From contig JAWANM010000004.1 in NCBI GenBank assembly GCA_038895375.1, positions 1 to 44,394 of the forward strand: a stretch of 44,394 bases of DNA. The letters run 5' to 3'. The notes beneath the pieces were generated by a model. The model was not told the origin of the DNA, did no database searches, and saw only the letters and a list, made by a program, of their open reading frames with translations. The stretch is from Candidatus Pacearchaeota archaeon. GTDB taxonomy: Archaea; Nanobdellota; Nanobdellia; Pacearchaeales; UBA284. Shown here piece by piece: positions 41,352 through 44,394 of this stretch. Numbering within the stretch: position 1 is the stretch's first letter; every line of letters starts with the position of its first letter. The position numbers and the translations under genes are program-made.

Positions 41352-44300
41352 ATGCAAGAGTATTTTAAAGAAATAGAAAAAAAAGTAAAGGAGGCTTATG
41401 AGATTGCGAAAGAAGCGAGACTTAAAGGATACGATCCTAAAGAAAAAGTGGAAATAGATCTTGCCACAAGTTTGGCACAAAGAGCAATCGGTTTGGTTTC
41501 TTTAATGTACCCTCAACTTAAGGGAAGTAAAGTTGAGGCAAGAATCAAAGAACTTGAGGAGCAATATGGCTTTCTCGATCCTGCAGTAGCATTGAAAATT
41601 GCTGAAGAAGTTGCCAAGGAAAAGTTTTGCAAGTTTCGCAGTTTGCTTGAAGCCATGGATGCTGGGATTCGTTTAGGATTCGCATACTTAACTTTAGGAA
41701 TAGTTGTTTCACCTCTCGAAGGACTTACTCATATCAAAATTAAAAAAACAAGAGACGGCAAGGATTACATAGCAGCATACTATTCGGGCCCGATAAGGTC
41801 TGCAGGCTCTACAATGGCAGGTTTTTCGTTAATAATTATAGATCATCTACGAGAAATTTTTGGCTTTGCCAAATATGATCCTACAGAAGAAGAAATTCGT
41901 AGAGGCATTACAGAAATTTACGACTATCACGAAAGAATAACCAACTTGCAGTATCTTGCTTCTGAAGAAGAACTGGATTTTTTATTAAGGCATTTACCTA
42001 TACAAGTTGATGGTTTGCCTTCCGAAGACAGGGAAGTGAGCAACTATAAAGATTTAGAAAGAATCGAAACGAATTTTCTTAGGAATGGTTTTTGTTTGGA
42101 AATTTCTGAAGCACTGGCACAAAAAGCGCGTAAGCTTGTTCCTAGAATAAAAAGTTTGCGAGAAAAAGGATTTAAGTTGAGCGATTGGGACTTTTTGGAA
42201 GAATTTGTTGCTTTACAGAAAAAGATTACAGAAAAAAAGAGAGAAGAAGAAGCAACGGATGTTTACATTCAAGATGCTGTAGCCGGAAGGCCTATTTTTG
42301 GACATCCTTCGAGAAGCGGAGCTTTTAGATTGCGTTATGGTAAGTGTAGGATGAGTGGTTATAGCGCTGTTGCCTTAAATCCAGTAACGATGAAAGTACT
42401 CGGAGATTTCATTGCAATAGGAACTCAACTAAAACTAGAAAAGCCTATGAAAGGAGCTGCTGTTGGAGTTTGTGATACTATAGATGGGCCTATAGTTAAG
42501 CTCAAGAACGGCTCTGTAAGAGCTTTGAAGACAATGCAACAAGCTGAAGAATGCTTAGAAGAAATAGAGGAAATTCTTTATGCTGGCGATATTCTTATTA
42601 GTTACGGAGATTTTTATGATAGAAATCATGTTCTTTTACCTTGTGGATATTGTCCAGAATGGTGGTATGTCGAAGCGAAAGAAGCTTTGAAGTATAAAAA
42701 TAACGATGAAATTGAGAAGTTGCTAAAACAAAAAGTTAGTCTTGAGGAAGCAATCGAGATAAGCAAGGCTTTGAATGTTCCTTTACATCCTGATTTTATT
42801 TTTTTCTGGTCTCAGCTTGATAAGGAACAATTTTATTCTTTGCTAAGCTGGCTCGGTCATGCAGAAATTCGTGAGGACAAGCTTGTTTTGCCATTTTCAA
42901 GTATGGAAAGAGTAAAATGGCAAAAAGCCAAGAGAGCTTTGGAAATTGCAGCTATAGAGCATGAAGTTGCTACGGCGCATGTTATTCTTGAGCAACCAAC
43001 ATGGAGAGCTCTTTTTAGCAACTTGGGACTTGATGAAAATAATTTCAAAGAAAAAGTAAGAGAAGAAGCAGAACAATATGCTAATTCGAATCAAGATGTT
43101 CTCGATTTTATCAATACTATTTCTGAATTTAAAATTAAGGACAAAGCAGGAAGTTTCATAGGTTCTAGGATGGGCAGGCCAGAAAAAGCGAAGCCAAGAG
43201 CATTAATAGGTTCGCCGAATGGTTTGTTTCCAGTTGGCGAACAAGGCGGTAAGATGAGAAGCGTCCAGGCAGCTCTTGAGGTTGGAAGCGTTAAAGCAGA
43301 TTTTCCAATATACTATTGTGAAAATTGCAATAGAGAAACAATTTATCCCGTGTGTGAAGTTTGCGATAAAAAAACAAAAAAGAGGTTTTATTGCTCTAAA
43401 TGTGATAAGACTTTGAATACAGATTTTTGCGAATTGCATGGCAAGGCACAATCTTTCATGACGCGAACTATAGACATCAAACATTATTTTGATGCGGCTT
43501 TTAAAAAGCTGAATTCTAACAACAATCAAAGTAAGATCAATCCGAAGCTTGTTAAAGGAGTTAGGGGAACAAGCTCGCAAGACCATATACCGGAAAATTT
43601 ATGCAAAGGCATTCTTAGGGCCGCTTTTGGTTTAACTGTAAACAAAGATGGAACGGCTCGCTTTGATGCCACAGAATTGCCTTTGACACATTTCAAACCA
43701 AAAGAAGTTTGTGTTAGCATAGAAAAACTTAAAGAACTTGGTTATACTCATGATATAGAAGGAAGAGAACTAACCAATGAAGATCAGCTTCTTGAAATCA
43801 AACCTTGCGATCTTATCTTGCCTTGCTGTCCAGAGTCTTTGGACGAAACCGCAGACGATTTCTTCTTTAGGGTGGCGCAGTTTGTTGACACTTTGCTTAT
43901 TAGATTTTACGGAATGAAGCCTTACTATAATTTGAAATCTAAAGAAGATCTAGTAGGTCATCTTTTGATTTTTATTGCTCCTCATAATGCTGCTGGCGTT
44001 GTCGCTAGGATTATAGGGTTTAGCAAGACACAAGCTTTTCTTGCATCTCCTTTTCTTCATGCAGCTGTTCGCAGAGACGCAGATGGCGACGAGGCTGGCG
44101 CGATGTTGCTACTTGACGCATTTATAAATTTTTCACGCGACTTTTTGCCAGCTCATCGAGGGGCAACTCAAGACTCGCCAATAGTTTTGAACTCGAGACT
44201 TCGCGCTAACGAGGTCGACGAAATGGTTTATAATGTAGATGTTGTTAAAGAATATCCTTTAGAATTCTACATGGCAGCTGAAAAAAGAATGATGCCTCGT

Positions 44301-44394
44301 GACGTTAAACTTTTACAAATTTCAGACAGAGTTAAATTCGGAGATAAAGCTTTTGAGAATATTTTTTTCACTCATGAAACTTCAGACATAAATG
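41352..44394 (+). CDS. polD2: DNA polymerase II (PolD) large subunit DP2; 3' end runs off the window
   Basis: Absent from the ORF track because no stop lies in the window. From the ATG at 41352 it reads MQEYFKEIEKKVKEAYEIAKEARLKGYDP...YYSGPIRSAGSTMAGFS...RPIFGHPSRSGAFRLRYG.... It has Zn-finger clusters (CENCNRET..CEVCDKK) and ...ASPFLHAAVRRDADGDEAG.... The frame is open to the window end. Confidence 0.9.
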   Translation, partial: MQEYFKEIEKKVKEAYEIAKEARLKGYDPKEKVEIDLATSLAQRAIGLVSLMYPQLKGSKVEARIKELEEQYGFLDPAVALKIAEEVAKEKFCKFRSLLEAMDAGIRLGFAYLTLGIVVSPLEGLTHIKIKKTRDGKDYIAAYYSGPIRSAGSTMAGFSLIIIDHLREIFGFAKYDPTEEEIRRGITEIYDYHERITNLQYLASEEELDFLLRHLPIQVDGLPSEDREVSNYKDLERIETNFLRNGFCLEISEALAQKARKLVPRIKSLREKGFKLSDWDFLEEFVALQKKITEKKREEEATDVYIQDAVAGRPIFGHPSRSGAFRLRYGKCRMSGYSAVALNPVTMKVLGDFIAIGTQLKLEKPMKGAAVGVCDTIDGPIVKLKNGSVRALKTMQQAEECLEEIEEILYAGDILISYGDFYDRNHVLLPCGYCPEWWYVEAKEALKYKNNDEIEKLLKQKVSLEEAIEISKALNVPLHPDFIFFWSQLDKEQFYSLLSWLGHAEIREDKLVLPFSSMERVKWQKAKRALEIAAIEHEVATAHVILEQPTWRALFSNLGLDENNFKEKVREEAEQYANSNQDVLDFINTISEFKIKDKAGSFIGSRMGRPEKAKPRALIGSPNGLFPVGEQGGKMRSVQAALEVGSVKADFPIYYCENCNRETIYPVCEVCDKKTKKRFYCSKCDKTLNTDFCELHGKAQSFMTRTIDIKHYFDAAFKKLNSNNNQSKINPKLVKGVRGTSSQDHIPENLCKGILRAAFGLTVNKDGTARFDATELPLTHFKPKEVCVSIEKLKELGYTHDIEGRELTNEDQLLEIKPCDLILPCCPESLDETADDFFFRVAQFVDTLLIRFYGMKPYYNLKSKEDLVGHLLIFIAPHNAAGVVARIIGFSKTQAFLASPFLHAAVRRDADGDEAGAMLLLDAFINFSRDFLPAHRGATQDSPIVLNSRLRANEVDEMVYNVDVVKEYPLEFYMAAEKRMMPRDVKLLQISDRVKFGDKAFENIFFTHETSDIN

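Noticed and set aside
41352-44394. Possible intein in the PolD large subunit
   Set aside because: The translated sequence is continuous with recognisable DP2 blocks. It shows no Cys/Ser-...-HN-Cys splice-junction insertion or homing-endonuclease-like segment in the part visible here.

Overview
AT-rich (about 30% GC by eye), gene-dense archaeal chromosome segment with the look of a small-genome DPANN-type archaeon. The standard genetic code appears to be in use. The core content is ordinary. It includes the archaeal ribosomal-protein and RNA-polymerase operons (S13-S4-S11-RpoD, L18e-L13-S9, L21e-RpoF-DUF655, RpoN), SecDF, a P-type ATPase, an HDAC-like deacetylase, GlnA, Taw3, RNase P protein Rpp21, a MacB-type ABC cassette, Lhr helicase, PRPP synthetase, 5S rRNA and five tRNA or tRNA-like genes. 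An orc1/cdc6-polD(small)-polD(large) operon sits beside an ORB-flanked AT-rich origin. A roughly 9 kb accessory stretch (23.7-32.9 kb) lies between the r-protein block and lhr. It holds a three-gene nuclease module (small protein, Cas4-like Fe-S nuclease, DUF4145 protein) and a restriction-modification pair with an atypically built methyltransferase plus a decayed Mod remnant. It also holds a tyrosine recombinase, an 820-bp ORF-free field of short repeats, two convergent coiled-coil/wHTH paralogues and a 93-aa wHTH protein. The last four may form a 4.3 kb integrated element bounded by an 11-bp direct repeat. Most worth a second look: (1) an unannotated 90-nt Y-shaped RNA with two cUUCGg tetraloops and its own TATA box, between 5S rRNA and tRNA-Leu; (2) the repeat field and its wHTH paralogues; (3) the nuclease/DUF4145 module; (4) a bacterial-type HPF/RaiA-like protein heading an archaeal r-protein operon; (5) two odd tRNA genes. 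No CRISPR array was seen. Everything rests on reading the sequence and the ORF track by eye; no searches were run.
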